IMG/VR virus record: IMGVR_UViG_3300024264_000013
Location: 1 to 64,000 of that record
Strand: one strand, 5' to 3'
Length of the DNA stretch: 64,000 nucleotides
Source: a virus
Below, piece after piece: positions 50,101 through 59,174 of this stretch. The translations under genes and the position numbers were made by a program. The notes below the pieces were generated by a model. The model saw only the letters and a list, made by a program, of their open reading frames with translations. It was not told the origin of the DNA and searched no databases. Numbering within the stretch: position 1 is the first letter of the stretch; each line of letters opens with the position of its first letter.

Positions 50101-53100
50101 AATTACTGATAATGTTTATTCAGTAGCAATAGATCCTGTAGATGCAGGAGTAACAGGGTATAGTGTTTATGATGTTATTGAAGTATCTGGTACTAATATG
50201 GGTGGCTTATCACCTGACAATGATGCCCAAGTTACTATTACATCAGTAGACAGTAATGGATTTCCTACAGGTGCATCTGTAACTGGTAATGGTGCAAATG
50301 CGGCTAATAACTTTACTAGTGTAACATTTAGTACAAACAATGCTGGTATTGGTGCTAACTTAAATATTAATACAGATGGTGCAACATACAATGCAACATT
50401 CACAGCACAAGGCACAGGATTTGCCGCACTAGATACTGTTACAGTATTAGGTACACAAGTAGGTGGATTAAGTCCTGCAAATGATGTTACAATTACAATT
50501 GATACTGTTGATACTGGTGGTGAAATTTTAACATTTACAGTATCAGGTACAGCAGTAAACACACATTCTTATCCTGGAATAGCAAGTGGAACTAATTTAA
50601 CTGGTGCAGGTGCTGACTTTGATATTGTTATTAATGGGCTTCTTGAAACATACGGAGTTACTGTTGCAAATGCAGGTAGTAACTATGCTCCTAACCAAAC
50701 AATTACAATTCAAGGTACACAATTAGGTGGAGCATCACCAGATAATGATTTAGTGTTAACAATTACTGATGTTGACAATGATAGTACACTAACAGCAGGC
50801 GGAGTGTTAACAGTTAGCGTAGCAGGTACTGCACGAAAAGCAACTTCAGGATTTGCAGTTGCTGACAGATTAAAAATTCAAGGATCTAATTTTCCAGGCG
50901 GCGCAGATCCAACAAACGATGCAATTATCGAAATTACAAGTGTTGACGGCACTGGTGGAATTACCGGATTTACAACTACTGGTACAGCACCAGACGGACA
51001 ACAAACATATAATGCTGTAAGCGGTACAGCAAGTGCTTCGGGTACAAGTGCATCCTTTGATATAACTAGACAAGGTACGATTTATTCAGCAGTATTTAAT
51101 TCCCCAGGAGCAAACTTCGTTGCTACAGAAACAATTACATTTTTAGGTACTGACTTAGGCGGGGCTTCACCAGCAAACGATTGTACAATTACAGTTGACA
51201 CTGTAGACGGTAGTGGAACTATTTTAACATTTACAGTAACAGGTACTGCGGCTAATTCCGGAGAATTACTTGGACAAAGCGCAGGCAATGTACTTGGTAG
51301 TGGAGCAACATTTAACGTTTCATTATCAGGCGGTAGTTATACTACAGCAGTTGCAGGTGGTGGCCAAGATTATTATCCAAGTCAGACATTTAAAATTCTA
51401 GGTAACACTTTAGCAGGTGCAACTCCAACTAACGACTTAACAGTTACTATATCAACAGTAGATGCTTCAGGAGCCATAACTGCAATTAGTTCATCAGGTT
51501 CAGCAAGTACTGATGTTGGATCATTTGCTAATGTAACTGCAACCGTAGCAGGTGCAACAGGTAATGGTGCAAGTTTTGATATTTTAAGAGACGGCACAAG
51601 TGCTGATAGTACTATTGGTACATACACAGTAAGTCAGAATGCTGGCGGTGGCAACTATAATCCAAGTGATAAAATTAAAATTGGTGGCGAAAATTTAGGC
51701 GGTCAAGCCGCATCAAATGATATTATTGTAGTTGTAGATACTGTTGATAGTTCGGGTGCTGTATTAACATTTACAGCAACTGGTGAAGCCTTTGCAGGAA
51801 CGTCATTTGATCTTTACAGTACTGTAACAGTTGATACACCAACTATTGCACAACTTGCAACTACATTAGATATTAGTTTTAGTGCATTAGGTACTTTAAG
51901 AATTAACTTTGATTCAGCACATGGATTAGTTCCAGGTGATACATTTATTACAACAGTTGATTCAGATGACGGAAGTAACAATCATGATTTAGCGGCAGGA
52001 TCATTTATTGCAACTACTATACCAAGTCCGACAGCACTTACATTTACTGCTAGAGCGGCAGGAGCAATTGATGCGGTAGGTGATAATATTAACGGTACAG
52101 TTTATCCAAGACCAGACAGTTTCTTTATACACAGACCATTTGATGGCGGTGTACAATTAGGAACAGGCGGTCCGCAACACGGCGCACAAGCAATACGTCA
52201 AAGTAAAAAATATATTAGATATCAGTCAGGTAAAGGTATTATGTATACTACTGGTGCGTTGTTTGCACCAAGTTACGACTTGCGTACATGTACAGCAGAT
52301 GGCGTAGAAGTAGGATCAGTAATTACTGTAACATGTGATGATAACGATCACGGTTTGCAAATTGGTGCAAAAATAAAACTAATTGGTATTGAAACAGTAG
52401 GATACAACGGAACATATACTGTAAATGATGTTATTGACGAACGTACATTTCAAGTTATAAACACATTAAACAGACTAGGTGGCACATCAGCAGTGCTAAG
52501 TTTTGGTGCTCAAATGTCAACATTCCAGTGGCATGGTGCTACTGTACGTTCAGGGGTGTTTGATGATCAAAACGGAATTTATTGGGAATATGACGGTGTT
52601 AATTTACAATGTTGTCAGCGTACTTCAACTAAGCAAATTTCAGGTACAGCAAACATTTTACCAGATAATAACACAGTTACAGGTACAAACACTAGATTTA
52701 GAGATCAACTTAAAGCAGGCGATAGAATTGTTATTAGAGGAATGACTCATGTTATTAGCGGTATTGCAACACAAACGTCAATGACAGTTACACCAGACTA
52801 TCGTGGAGTAAATGCGGCAGTAGGTACTAAGGTATGTTTAGTTTCTGATAAAAAAATTAGACAACAAGATTGGAACTTAGATAGAATGGACGGCACTGGT
52901 CCAAGTGGATACAACTTTGACCCTGCTAAGATGCAGATGATCGGGATTGAATATTCATGGTATGGTGCTGGTTTTATTGATTATATGGTACGTGGCGCCG
53001 ACGGTAACTTTGTATACGGACATAGAATTAGAAACTCTAACGTAAACACAGAAGCATATATGCGTTCAGGTAACTTGCCTGTTCGTTATGAAATTACTAA

Positions 53101-54559
53101 CGAAGGTCAAAATGGTAAATTAAAAGAAGATATTGATGCAACACAAACTTCAATTCCGTTAGAAACTGTTGCCTTCTTTCCAGAAAACGGTACAGTTTAT
53201 ATTGACAATGAATTAATTAGTTTTACAGGAAGAGATGAATCAAATAACTCTATTACAGGTTGTACAAGATCTGCAACACTTACAAACTTCCAAGCAGGTG
53301 CGGCACGTAGTTATACTGCTGGCGGCGCGGCGGCTCATGATGCTAGAACAGGTGTAATTTTAATTAGTAATACATGTACTCCACTTATATCACATTGGGG
53401 TTCAGCGTTTATTACAGACGGTGGATTTGATGAAGATCGTGGTTATATTTTCTCATACACAGAACAAGCACTAACAGTTACTAATGTAAGACAAACCGCA
53501 TTTATGATTAGACTAGCACCAAGTGTTAGTAATGCTATTATTGGTGATTTAGGAGATAGAGAACTTCTAAACAGAGCGCAGTTGCTACTAAGTTCGCTAG
53601 AAGTTACATCAGAAGCAAACGCATCAGGTACTATTGTTATTGAAGGTATTTTAAATCCACAAAACTATCCTACTAACCCAGCATTGATTAGTTGGACAGG
53701 ACTAGCAGGTCTTGCACAAGGTGGACAGCCAAGTTTTGCACAAATTGCGTCAGGTGGTGGTATTACATGGTCAACTGGTGCATCAACTACCACATCAAAT
53801 TTAACTTCTCAAGCAGGCATTAACGCTGTACTTGATTCAGGACAATATAGATCAAGAAACGGTAGTAGATATCTTTATGTTAGTGGTACAGATTTTAGAG
53901 CAACATTTGGATCTGAAAGTTTAGATCCAGTATTAGGTAAAACAATTAGTGGTAATAATATTAGAACTGGCACTAGAATTGATGGCGGATTTATTTCTGC
54001 TACATCTAACTACGGATACTTGTTCCTTTCACAAACACTAAGTGGTAACATTAACCAAAACACATCAAATGCATCGACTATTACATCACATGGTAATTTG
54101 GCTAATGCTAACTTTGCTTACATTAATAAAGCAAGTTGGGAAGCAAGTGGTGGTAGAGACGGCACAGCAGTAAGTTCAACAAGTGCATCACCAAGTTGGC
54201 CTGCCAACACAGTTATTAACAAAATTACATTACTTGATTTTGCTGGTACTGAATATTACGAAGTTGAATTTAATAATGCTTCAAATGGTGATTTAGTAGC
54301 AGGTAGTGGTACTATTACACTTGAATTTAGTTCACCACCCTACGGACAACCAGGCGAAACAGTTCTATCATTTATTGCACAACCAGGTGCTCGAGCAGAC
54401 TTAGATTTAAGTCAGTTGAAAGAACTTACAAATACCACATTAGGTGGTAGAGGTACTTTTCCAAATGGTCCTGATGTATTAGCGATTAACGTGTTTAAAA
54501 CTACTGGTACAGATGTTGAAGCCAACATCATTCTACGTTGGTCAGAGGCTCAAGCGTAA
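47135..54559 (+). CDS. Giant virion fibre/baseplate protein (2474 aa)
   Basis: Helical N-terminal region with KC.RD motif; tandem G..Y...D.I.I.G..LGG..P.ND..ITV..VD..G.I repeats (~49700-51800); lectin-like C-terminal YSWYGAG region. Confidence 0.75.
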   Translation: MAKKKINNYKFKPGIGYLDNLFPNAYALLNTNKAFLQAETGQFITERVSDATAFQADLIALVDDLEQEMVLGTTATQRLWGQIENKKDVQVKLTRKRTLQRLKTGLAALSNVTSTYQTAMENAIDEIIDIADNGFTSATALVTSERTGEAIGDIGLAVARLKSNRAFMIRETKAFIDDDTPGNTITTASDFEINLGLLIDGITQDVSTTANNLTRTINTQIYVNTTPSDRSLLGDGMTRLGTVIKQVVEGSTVVRTTGNSLSQDTSGTSAGTVLGDRCKTHILDTQTVIANGTIASLPSAVYPNYSDEPAAGLAAATDLENNKTIVSTNVNAFYNYTFNQAKCERDTGLILNAYLFDLRYGGNFKTYDYASKYWEGDVAQVDGTRYPELDTHSWLTTLIRDYVFDKIAYPKEQSATAQTVTGDDAETGADTPITDLGSLVVTTIEGGLSARPTFVDTGAGYVKFPGNYDSSDILLITNTTDNEVIYAFNDVNNGGFTEQPSEFISTNGYAYDEDEDFPKYLQTTDAITKVYFNKSTASQISEDKLQIYVDTDELIVRPYEFGTDSIERQRTAEPQSMLDADFEYGLQPTKWSAIATMRGYPSVYEVPGTETSVITVISDSSAGTEGVGSSLITVTTAGAHGFELGDAITIKGLKQDVQGYSRAEGAFIIISVPNAISFQFYAKAKVGTGGNVNIEAEATQLRQAGFYTGASIGVPTFSVESQGSSGVIRPALTVDSGEDVIPFTVTSGAAPEIGAPLSASSGISLGTQVTGRVGTGGIAVTPVTTADFPPGTTEITVQSATGIQQNMAANKGDGTVTLVNTVVGNTITLNEAITTDFYGNLVTYTAVEGTNIVSLGFGAAFSISRAGGNYSLVEIVNSGQDYQVGDVLEIQGEFLGGITPTHDLNITVNTVDTGGEILTVTLAGNAFDGTATFPNTNGEYQNGQGTGGTWDIGYTSNVFNSVTQVNPSFVAQTGQTSGGEGTGVLLDFTITDNVYSVAIDPVDAGVTGYSVYDVIEVSGTNMGGLSPDNDAQVTITSVDSNGFPTGASVTGNGANAANNFTSVTFSTNNAGIGANLNINTDGATYNATFTAQGTGFAALDTVTVLGTQVGGLSPANDVTITIDTVDTGGEILTFTVSGTAVNTHSYPGIASGTNLTGAGADFDIVINGLLETYGVTVANAGSNYAPNQTITIQGTQLGGASPDNDLVLTITDVDNDSTLTAGGVLTVSVAGTARKATSGFAVADRLKIQGSNFPGGADPTNDAIIEITSVDGTGGITGFTTTGTAPDGQQTYNAVSGTASASGTSASFDITRQGTIYSAVFNSPGANFVATETITFLGTDLGGASPANDCTITVDTVDGSGTILTFTVTGTAANSGELLGQSAGNVLGSGATFNVSLSGGSYTTAVAGGGQDYYPSQTFKILGNTLAGATPTNDLTVTISTVDASGAITAISSSGSASTDVGSFANVTATVAGATGNGASFDILRDGTSADSTIGTYTVSQNAGGGNYNPSDKIKIGGENLGGQAASNDIIVVVDTVDSSGAVLTFTATGEAFAGTSFDLYSTVTVDTPTIAQLATTLDISFSALGTLRINFDSAHGLVPGDTFITTVDSDDGSNNHDLAAGSFIATTIPSPTALTFTARAAGAIDAVGDNINGTVYPRPDSFFIHRPFDGGVQLGTGGPQHGAQAIRQSKKYIRYQSGKGIMYTTGALFAPSYDLRTCTADGVEVGSVITVTCDDNDHGLQIGAKIKLIGIETVGYNGTYTVNDVIDERTFQVINTLNRLGGTSAVLSFGAQMSTFQWHGATVRSGVFDDQNGIYWEYDGVNLQCCQRTSTKQISGTANILPDNNTVTGTNTRFRDQLKAGDRIVIRGMTHVISGIATQTSMTVTPDYRGVNAAVGTKVCLVSDKKIRQQDWNLDRMDGTGPSGYNFDPAKMQMIGIEYSWYGAGFIDYMVRGADGNFVYGHRIRNSNVNTEAYMRSGNLPVRYEITNEGQNGKLKEDIDATQTSIPLETVAFFPENGTVYIDNELISFTGRDESNNSITGCTRSATLTNFQAGAARSYTAGGAAAHDARTGVILISNTCTPLISHWGSAFITDGGFDEDRGYIFSYTEQALTVTNVRQTAFMIRLAPSVSNAIIGDLGDRELLNRAQLLLSSLEVTSEANASGTIVIEGILNPQNYPTNPALISWTGLAGLAQGGQPSFAQIASGGGITWSTGASTTTSNLTSQAGINAVLDSGQYRSRNGSRYLYVSGTDFRATFGSESLDPVLGKTISGNNIRTGTRIDGGFISATSNYGYLFLSQTLSGNINQNTSNASTITSHGNLANANFAYINKASWEASGGRDGTAVSSTSASPSWPANTVINKITLLDFAGTEYYEVEFNNASNGDLVAGSGTITLEFSSPPYGQPGETVLSFIAQPGARADLDLSQLKELTNTTLGGRGTFPNGPDVLAINVFKTTGTDVEANIILRWSEAQA

Positions 54560-55077
54560 AGATTAAAGTTTACAATGCAACGGGGATTATCTGTTGGGAA
54601 TCCACCTGAGTGAAAAGTATTTCCGTCAAATAGAACTATGCGTCCTTTTTTAGGTGAAACACGTTTAATGATTTCTTTGTTTTTAAAGAATACTGTATCT
54701 CCGTCGCTGTCGTTGACATAATAAATTAGACCTAAATGTTCTTCTGGTCTGTCTGTATGAGGAGCATAGTATTCAAGTTTTGTTTTATGCGGTACTGTTA
54801 TAAAAAGTCTTGCCGCTATAATATCTATAAAATTTATATTTAATTTTGAACACACAACTTGAGGTATTTTACTAAAGTTGCCATAATGTTCTGTAAGTTT
54901 AGTACTGCTTTTGAGAACATGTTCAAAACTAATAGGTATTGAATCGCCTTCAAAAGCAGTAGGTTCGTACTTGCATACTAACGGTAGCATGGCATTAACA
55001 TTCACACTACCAAATACAAGCATATGATAATAATCTTGTAATTCTTGAGATACTAAGTTATCTTCTACAATTATCAT
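54550..55077 (-). CDS. 2OG-Fe(II) oxygenase
   Basis: PHTD, IYYVNDSDGDT.F, PKKGR.VLFDG..FH.G..P....R..VNFN. Confidence 0.8.
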   Translation of the reverse strand: MIIVEDNLVSQELQDYYHMLVFGSVNVNAMLPLVCKYEPTAFEGDSIPISFEHVLKSSTKLTEHYGNFSKIPQVVCSKLNINFIDIIAARLFITVPHKTKLEYYAPHTDRPEEHLGLIYYVNDSDGDTVFFKNKEIIKRVSPKKGRIVLFDGNTFHSGGFPTDNPRCIVNFNLYA

Positions 55078-55712
55078 TAATGTGCAGTTTCTAAATAGTC
55101 TACAAATGCGGCTAAGTTATCAAACACTAAGCACTTCTTTTTAATATCACGATATGAAAAACGTTTCATAACTAATTCTTCTGTTTCTTTACCATGACCT
55201 GTGCGTATAATTACTGGAATAGCACCAATCTTCATAGCGGCTTTTAAATCACGAAGTCTATCGCCAGCATAGTAACCTTTGTTAAATTTTACATGAGGTA
55301 CTTCTTTTTCACAACGCTTAAACATTCCTGCATTTGGTTTTGCATACATATCAGTTTTATGACTACTTGCACTATAATATAAACCGTCTATACTTGGACA
55401 GCCTGCTTTACCTAGTTCTTCAAACATGTGATTATGTACTTTTTCAACATCTTCTTCGGTATAGATACCTTTTTCAATACCGCCTTGGTTCGTAATAATA
55501 ACTATTTTGTGTCCAAGTTTGCGTAGTTTAACTATTGCTTCTAAACTACCTTCTTCAAATTCCCAGTCATCTACTTTGTAAACATAATCTCCAATGTCTA
55601 CATTAATAACACCATCTCTATCTAAACCAACTACACACTTTGGTGCAATATAATCTGGTTTATAAAAGTCGACATTAACATCGTCACTCCATACTATCTT
55701 CGGATTGCTCAT
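55077..55712 (-). CDS. gmhB: D,D-heptose 1,7-bisphosphate phosphatase (HAD family)
   Basis: LDRDGVIN, ITNQGGI, KPNAGM, GDRLRD..AA, TGHG. Confidence 0.85.
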   Translation of the reverse strand: MSNPKIVWSDDVNVDFYKPDYIAPKCVVGLDRDGVINVDIGDYVYKVDDWEFEEGSLEAIVKLRKLGHKIVIITNQGGIEKGIYTEEDVEKVHNHMFEELGKAGCPSIDGLYYSASSHKTDMYAKPNAGMFKRCEKEVPHVKFNKGYYAGDRLRDLKAAMKIGAIPVIIRTGHGKETEELVMKRFSYRDIKKKCLVFDNLAAFVDYLETAH

Positions 55713-56109
55713 TTGCTACTTTTCCTTTTAATTCTTCCATTAAGCCTTCCTGACTATCACCAGGTATAAGCCTATAATTGTCTTCCACACTATCAGCAGT
55801 ACTTACTTCAGTAATACTACTGTTGTCTTCAAGTGCTTCTAATTGATGTGGCAATAAAGGTTTATTGCGCCACGTCATTCCTTGTGTAAGTGTTTGACTA
55901 AACAGTGTTGCAGTTTTAGTATCAATCCATCTTACAATAAAACTTCCTTCATTTACAAACCATGATTCGTCTTTTTCTTTATGGAAGTGCATACTAAATT
56001 TATTACCTTTTTTAGTAAACACCATCATTTTACCACAGTAGTGTTCATTGGTTGCCCAAATTAATTCGAATCCCCAACCTTTATCTACTTTACCTTCTAA
56101 TCGTTCCAT
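55684..56109 (-). CDS. Cupin-fold sugar isomerase-like protein
   Basis: KGWG.E.IW, YCGK, SMHFH..K.ESW.V..G, PHQL.AL.....EVST. Confidence 0.75.
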   Translation of the reverse strand: MERLEGKVDKGWGFELIWATNEHYCGKMMVFTKKGNKFSMHFHKEKDESWFVNEGSFIVRWIDTKTATLFSQTLTQGMTWRNKPLLPHQLEALEDNSSITEVSTADSVEDNYRLIPGDSQEGLMEELKGKVANEQSEDSME

Positions 56110-56741
56110 TCTTTAATCTCCAATTGTTTTACTTTATTATAACCAAATTCTCCAAAAGCAAAAAAGTTACTTGCTAAACTATATCTGTCTGTATCACTAG
56201 AATTAGGTTCTACACTGTGTTCTAAATTACTCGGAAACATAATTAACATATCTTCTTCTACTTCAAATGGCCATCCCGATGCGGCTACTGGAGTATAATT
56301 TTCTACAGGAATTTCAACTGTTTCACTAAAAACATTATCATAATGTTTACGTCTATGTACAATAAGTCTACCACAGTTAGTTGGAGTTGTTAAATAGTAC
56401 ACAGCACTTATTAAACTATTTGCATGATTATGCATATAAACTTGTTCACCTGGTGGTTGTTTACTAACCCAACTATTAGTCATTTTAAAATCTAATGCAT
56501 TTGAATAGCCTAAACAACCTTTTACAAAAGAATTTACTTGATCTGTAATATCGTTTTTAAGTTGTGTGAAATCATTTAATAATACTAATGTATCGTTTGG
56601 CGAATTTGAATTAGGTCTTTGAACAACTTCTTTATTATTAATTAACTTTTCTTTTGTTTTACTATCTAACTTAGGCATACGTACAATACCAACAGGAACT
56701 GAAAATAGTTGATGCAATTCTAAATTTCCTAATTTAAGCAT
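56097..56741 (-). CDS. 2OG-Fe(II) oxygenase (TIGR02466-like)
   Basis: LFS.P, SWV......H.H.NS.ISAVYY, FPS.L.HSV.PN....RYSLA.N. Confidence 0.8.
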   Translation of the reverse strand: MLKLGNLELHQLFSVPVGIVRMPKLDSKTKEKLINNKEVVQRPNSNSPNDTLVLLNDFTQLKNDITDQVNSFVKGCLGYSNALDFKMTNSWVSKQPPGEQVYMHNHANSLISAVYYLTTPTNCGRLIVHRRKHYDNVFSETVEIPVENYTPVAASGWPFEVEEDMLIMFPSNLEHSVEPNSSDTDRYSLASNFFAFGEFGYNKVKQLEIKEWND

Positions 56742-57570
56742 TTTGTATCCATTCTTTAGGTGTTGTAAATTTAAAGTCGCCTATTGTTTTTAAAAGTCTA
56801 GTATTATCACTACATGTGTATTTTTGATATTGTCCTTGTAATGCTTCGGGCATCGGAATAGGTTCTATAGTTGCATTATATTTGTCTGCAATAGTATTAG
56901 CAATAGAACCAAAACTAGTTGTTTCTCCCATACCAACATTCCATATACCCATTTCATCAATATTCATCATTTTTTCAATAATTTTACATACATCTCCTAC
57001 GTATATAAAATCTCGTAAATATTCATCACTACCCTCAAATGGATGTACTTTTCCTGTTTCTTTTGCTTGCTTTGTAAATTTATGAAACACACTCATTTGG
57101 TCGCCTTTGTGTTCTTCATGTTCTCCGTATACATTAAAGAAACGTAATCCTTTGATATTACATTTATAATCTTCCCATGTTAACATTTCTACACTACGAT
57201 CAAACAAATATTTTGACCACGAATATGGACTTTGTGGTTGCTTAGGAGCATCTTCATTAAATTTTTGACCATCGCCATATACACTAGCACTTGATGCATA
57301 AATTAAATCAACTCCTTGCATATCACATACTTGTAATAATCTATGACTAAAGTCTAAATTTTGTTTTAAAACTTTTTCAACATCGCGTTCTGTTGTGCTT
57401 GATATTGCACCCATATGTATAACTTTATCAAATTGACTGCAATCAGGTACAACATTTTCTATAAAATCATATTCAGCAATACCATGCCCCTTGCTCATTA
57501 GGTATTTTTTTAAATTCTTTGCTATAAATCCGTCAGGACCTGTAATTAATATTTTTAGTTTATCACTCAT
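56734..57570 (-). CDS. hldD: ADP-L-glycero-D-manno-heptose 6-epimerase
   Basis: ITG..GFI, H.GAISSTTE, YASSASVYG, Y.WSK.LFD, LRFFNVYG..E.HKG..MS, RDFIYVGD, YQ.YT. Confidence 0.88.
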   Translation of the reverse strand: MSDKLKILITGPDGFIAKNLKKYLMSKGHGIAEYDFIENVVPDCSQFDKVIHMGAISSTTERDVEKVLKQNLDFSHRLLQVCDMQGVDLIYASSASVYGDGQKFNEDAPKQPQSPYSWSKYLFDRSVEMLTWEDYKCNIKGLRFFNVYGEHEEHKGDQMSVFHKFTKQAKETGKVHPFEGSDEYLRDFIYVGDVCKIIEKMMNIDEMGIWNVGMGETTSFGSIANTIADKYNATIEPIPMPEALQGQYQKYTCSDNTRLLKTIGDFKFTTPKEWIQNA

Positions 57571-58705
57571 TTATTTTCTCTAATATACTTGTAGTTGAAA
57601 AGTCTTCAACTGTAGGAACAATGTATACACTAGTTAAGTCGTGTCCTACTACTTCGTTAACTTTATAATCGCCACCCTTTACAATCAAGGTTGGCTTTAA
57701 TGATTTAATTAAATTGTATGGTGTGTCTTCACTAAACACAATAACTTCGTCTACCCAAGATAAAATTTCTAATTGCTTTTTACGTATTTCTACAGGATTT
57801 ATAGGTCTGTTTTTTCCTTTTAATCTTTGTACACTAGTATCATCATTAAGCCCTACAATAAGTTTATCACCTTTTTCTTTAGCCGCTTTTAATAATTCAA
57901 AATGCCCTGTGTGCAATATATCAAAACAGCCGTTAGTAAACACAATAGTATTTTCTAAATCTTCTTTTAATAATTGGTATGTGCCACTATGCTTTACACT
58001 TTCAGTTGAACCTTTTGTTGCAATTTCTAAACATTTTTTATGTGTGTAACCTTTTGTAAGACCATAAACAAATGCGGCCATAAAACAATCACCTGCACCT
58101 GTTACGTCTGATACTTCAACAGCATCTACTTCAATCTCATAGTTTTTACCATCAATGTGTGCAATAACTTCTTCGCCAGCATTAGTTGTAATAATATTAC
58201 CCTGCCATTCATCAAATCCTAAGTCATGAAATTCGTTGTAGTTAGGTTTTACTAACCAAGCACCTTCATAGAACCAAGCATTTTCTTTTGGATCGACAAC
58301 TACTTTACAATTATACTTGTTAATGTGTGCAATGATATCTTTTGCTTCGTCTAATACACCTTTGTTATAATCACTTAGCACAACATAATCATACTGAGAA
58401 AAATCTGTTGATTGTACTTTCTTAAGCACTTCTCCTCCGCTTGCCGGCTTGTCATCATCTATACGTGTAATATAATGTCCGTCACACATGATACGTGTCT
58501 TTACACTACGTGGTTGATCCATTTCAAACAACGTAACATCTACATCTAAGTTTTTTAAATTTTCATATACAAGGCCTGCACCGCCTAATGTTTCTTTTTC
58601 TTCGATATATGTAATTACAGGCACTGGTGCTTCGGGACTAATTCGCGAACTAGTGCCGTACACATACTTGTCAATTATTACATCGCCGATTACTAAGACC
58701 TTCAT
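57563..58705 (-). CDS. hldE: Bifunctional heptose-7-phosphate kinase / heptose-1-phosphate adenylyltransferase
   Basis: RISPEAPVP, LSDYNKG, DVTGAGD (PfkB) plus VFTNGCFDILHTGH, GLN.D.SV.RLKG..RP, KGGDY, STT. Confidence 0.92.
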   Translation of the reverse strand: MKVLVIGDVIIDKYVYGTSSRISPEAPVPVITYIEEKETLGGAGLVYENLKNLDVDVTLFEMDQPRSVKTRIMCDGHYITRIDDDKPASGGEVLKKVQSTDFSQYDYVVLSDYNKGVLDEAKDIIAHINKYNCKVVVDPKENAWFYEGAWLVKPNYNEFHDLGFDEWQGNIITTNAGEEVIAHIDGKNYEIEVDAVEVSDVTGAGDCFMAAFVYGLTKGYTHKKCLEIATKGSTESVKHSGTYQLLKEDLENTIVFTNGCFDILHTGHFELLKAAKEKGDKLIVGLNDDTSVQRLKGKNRPINPVEIRKKQLEILSWVDEVIVFSEDTPYNLIKSLKPTLIVKGGDYKVNEVVGHDLTSVYIVPTVEDFSTTSILEKINE

Positions 58706-58710
58706 ATTTT

Positions 58711-58739
58711 ATTATAACTTACTATCTAATTTTTGTCAA
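58711..58739 (-). promoter_or_regulatory. Perfect sigma70 promoter for the heptose operon (likely leaderless mRNA)
   Basis: TTGACA(58739-34)-17 bp-TATAAT(58716-11), ATG at 58705. Confidence 0.8.
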
Positions 58740-59166
58740 GCAAATTCAAAACTTTTGTTACAGTTTCTAACTTACTTTGATTAATTTTACTTTGTAGGGT
58801 ATTGCGTAAACCGTGGTGCAATGGCTTAGGCCAACTACCATTATTAACCCAAGCATACCCATCATGTTCAGTATTTAATTTAGGAATAAATTCTTCTTTT
58901 ACTGCACACAAATATGTATGAAATTGAAATTGATGATCAGTTGAAATAAAAGTTTCTAAAGGAATTGTTTTTTCTATTTTAGGTAAAAATCCTAATTCTT
59001 CTTTAATTTCTCTTTTTAAAACTTCCCATGGAGTTTCTTTACCTTCTCCAGTACCTCCAACTAATCCCCACTGGTTTTTAGTCTTACCTTGAGTACGATG
59101 TAATAAAAGAAAACGCTTTGTATCGAGACTGTAGAACAGAGTTCCACTGCAAATTATCTTGTTCAT
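58726..59166 (-). CDS. NUDIX hydrolase
   Basis: WGLVGG..E..ETPWE.LKREIKEELG Nudix box. Confidence 0.85.
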   Translation of the reverse strand: MNKIICSGTLFYSLDTKRFLLLHRTQGKTKNQWGLVGGTGEGKETPWEVLKREIKEELGFLPKIEKTIPLETFISTDHQFQFHTYLCAVKEEFIPKLNTEHDGYAWVNNGSWPKPLHHGLRNTLQSKINQSKLETVTKVLNLLDKN

Positions 59167-59174
59167 AAAAATAA

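Noticed and set aside
470-58049. Numerous antisense and alternate-frame ORFs overlapping the long genes (e.g. 1603-2712 -, 9776-10336 -, 25512-26012 -, 40489-40899 +)
   Set aside because: Shadow ORFs of biased codon usage in the real genes; no SD, promoter or recognisable motifs
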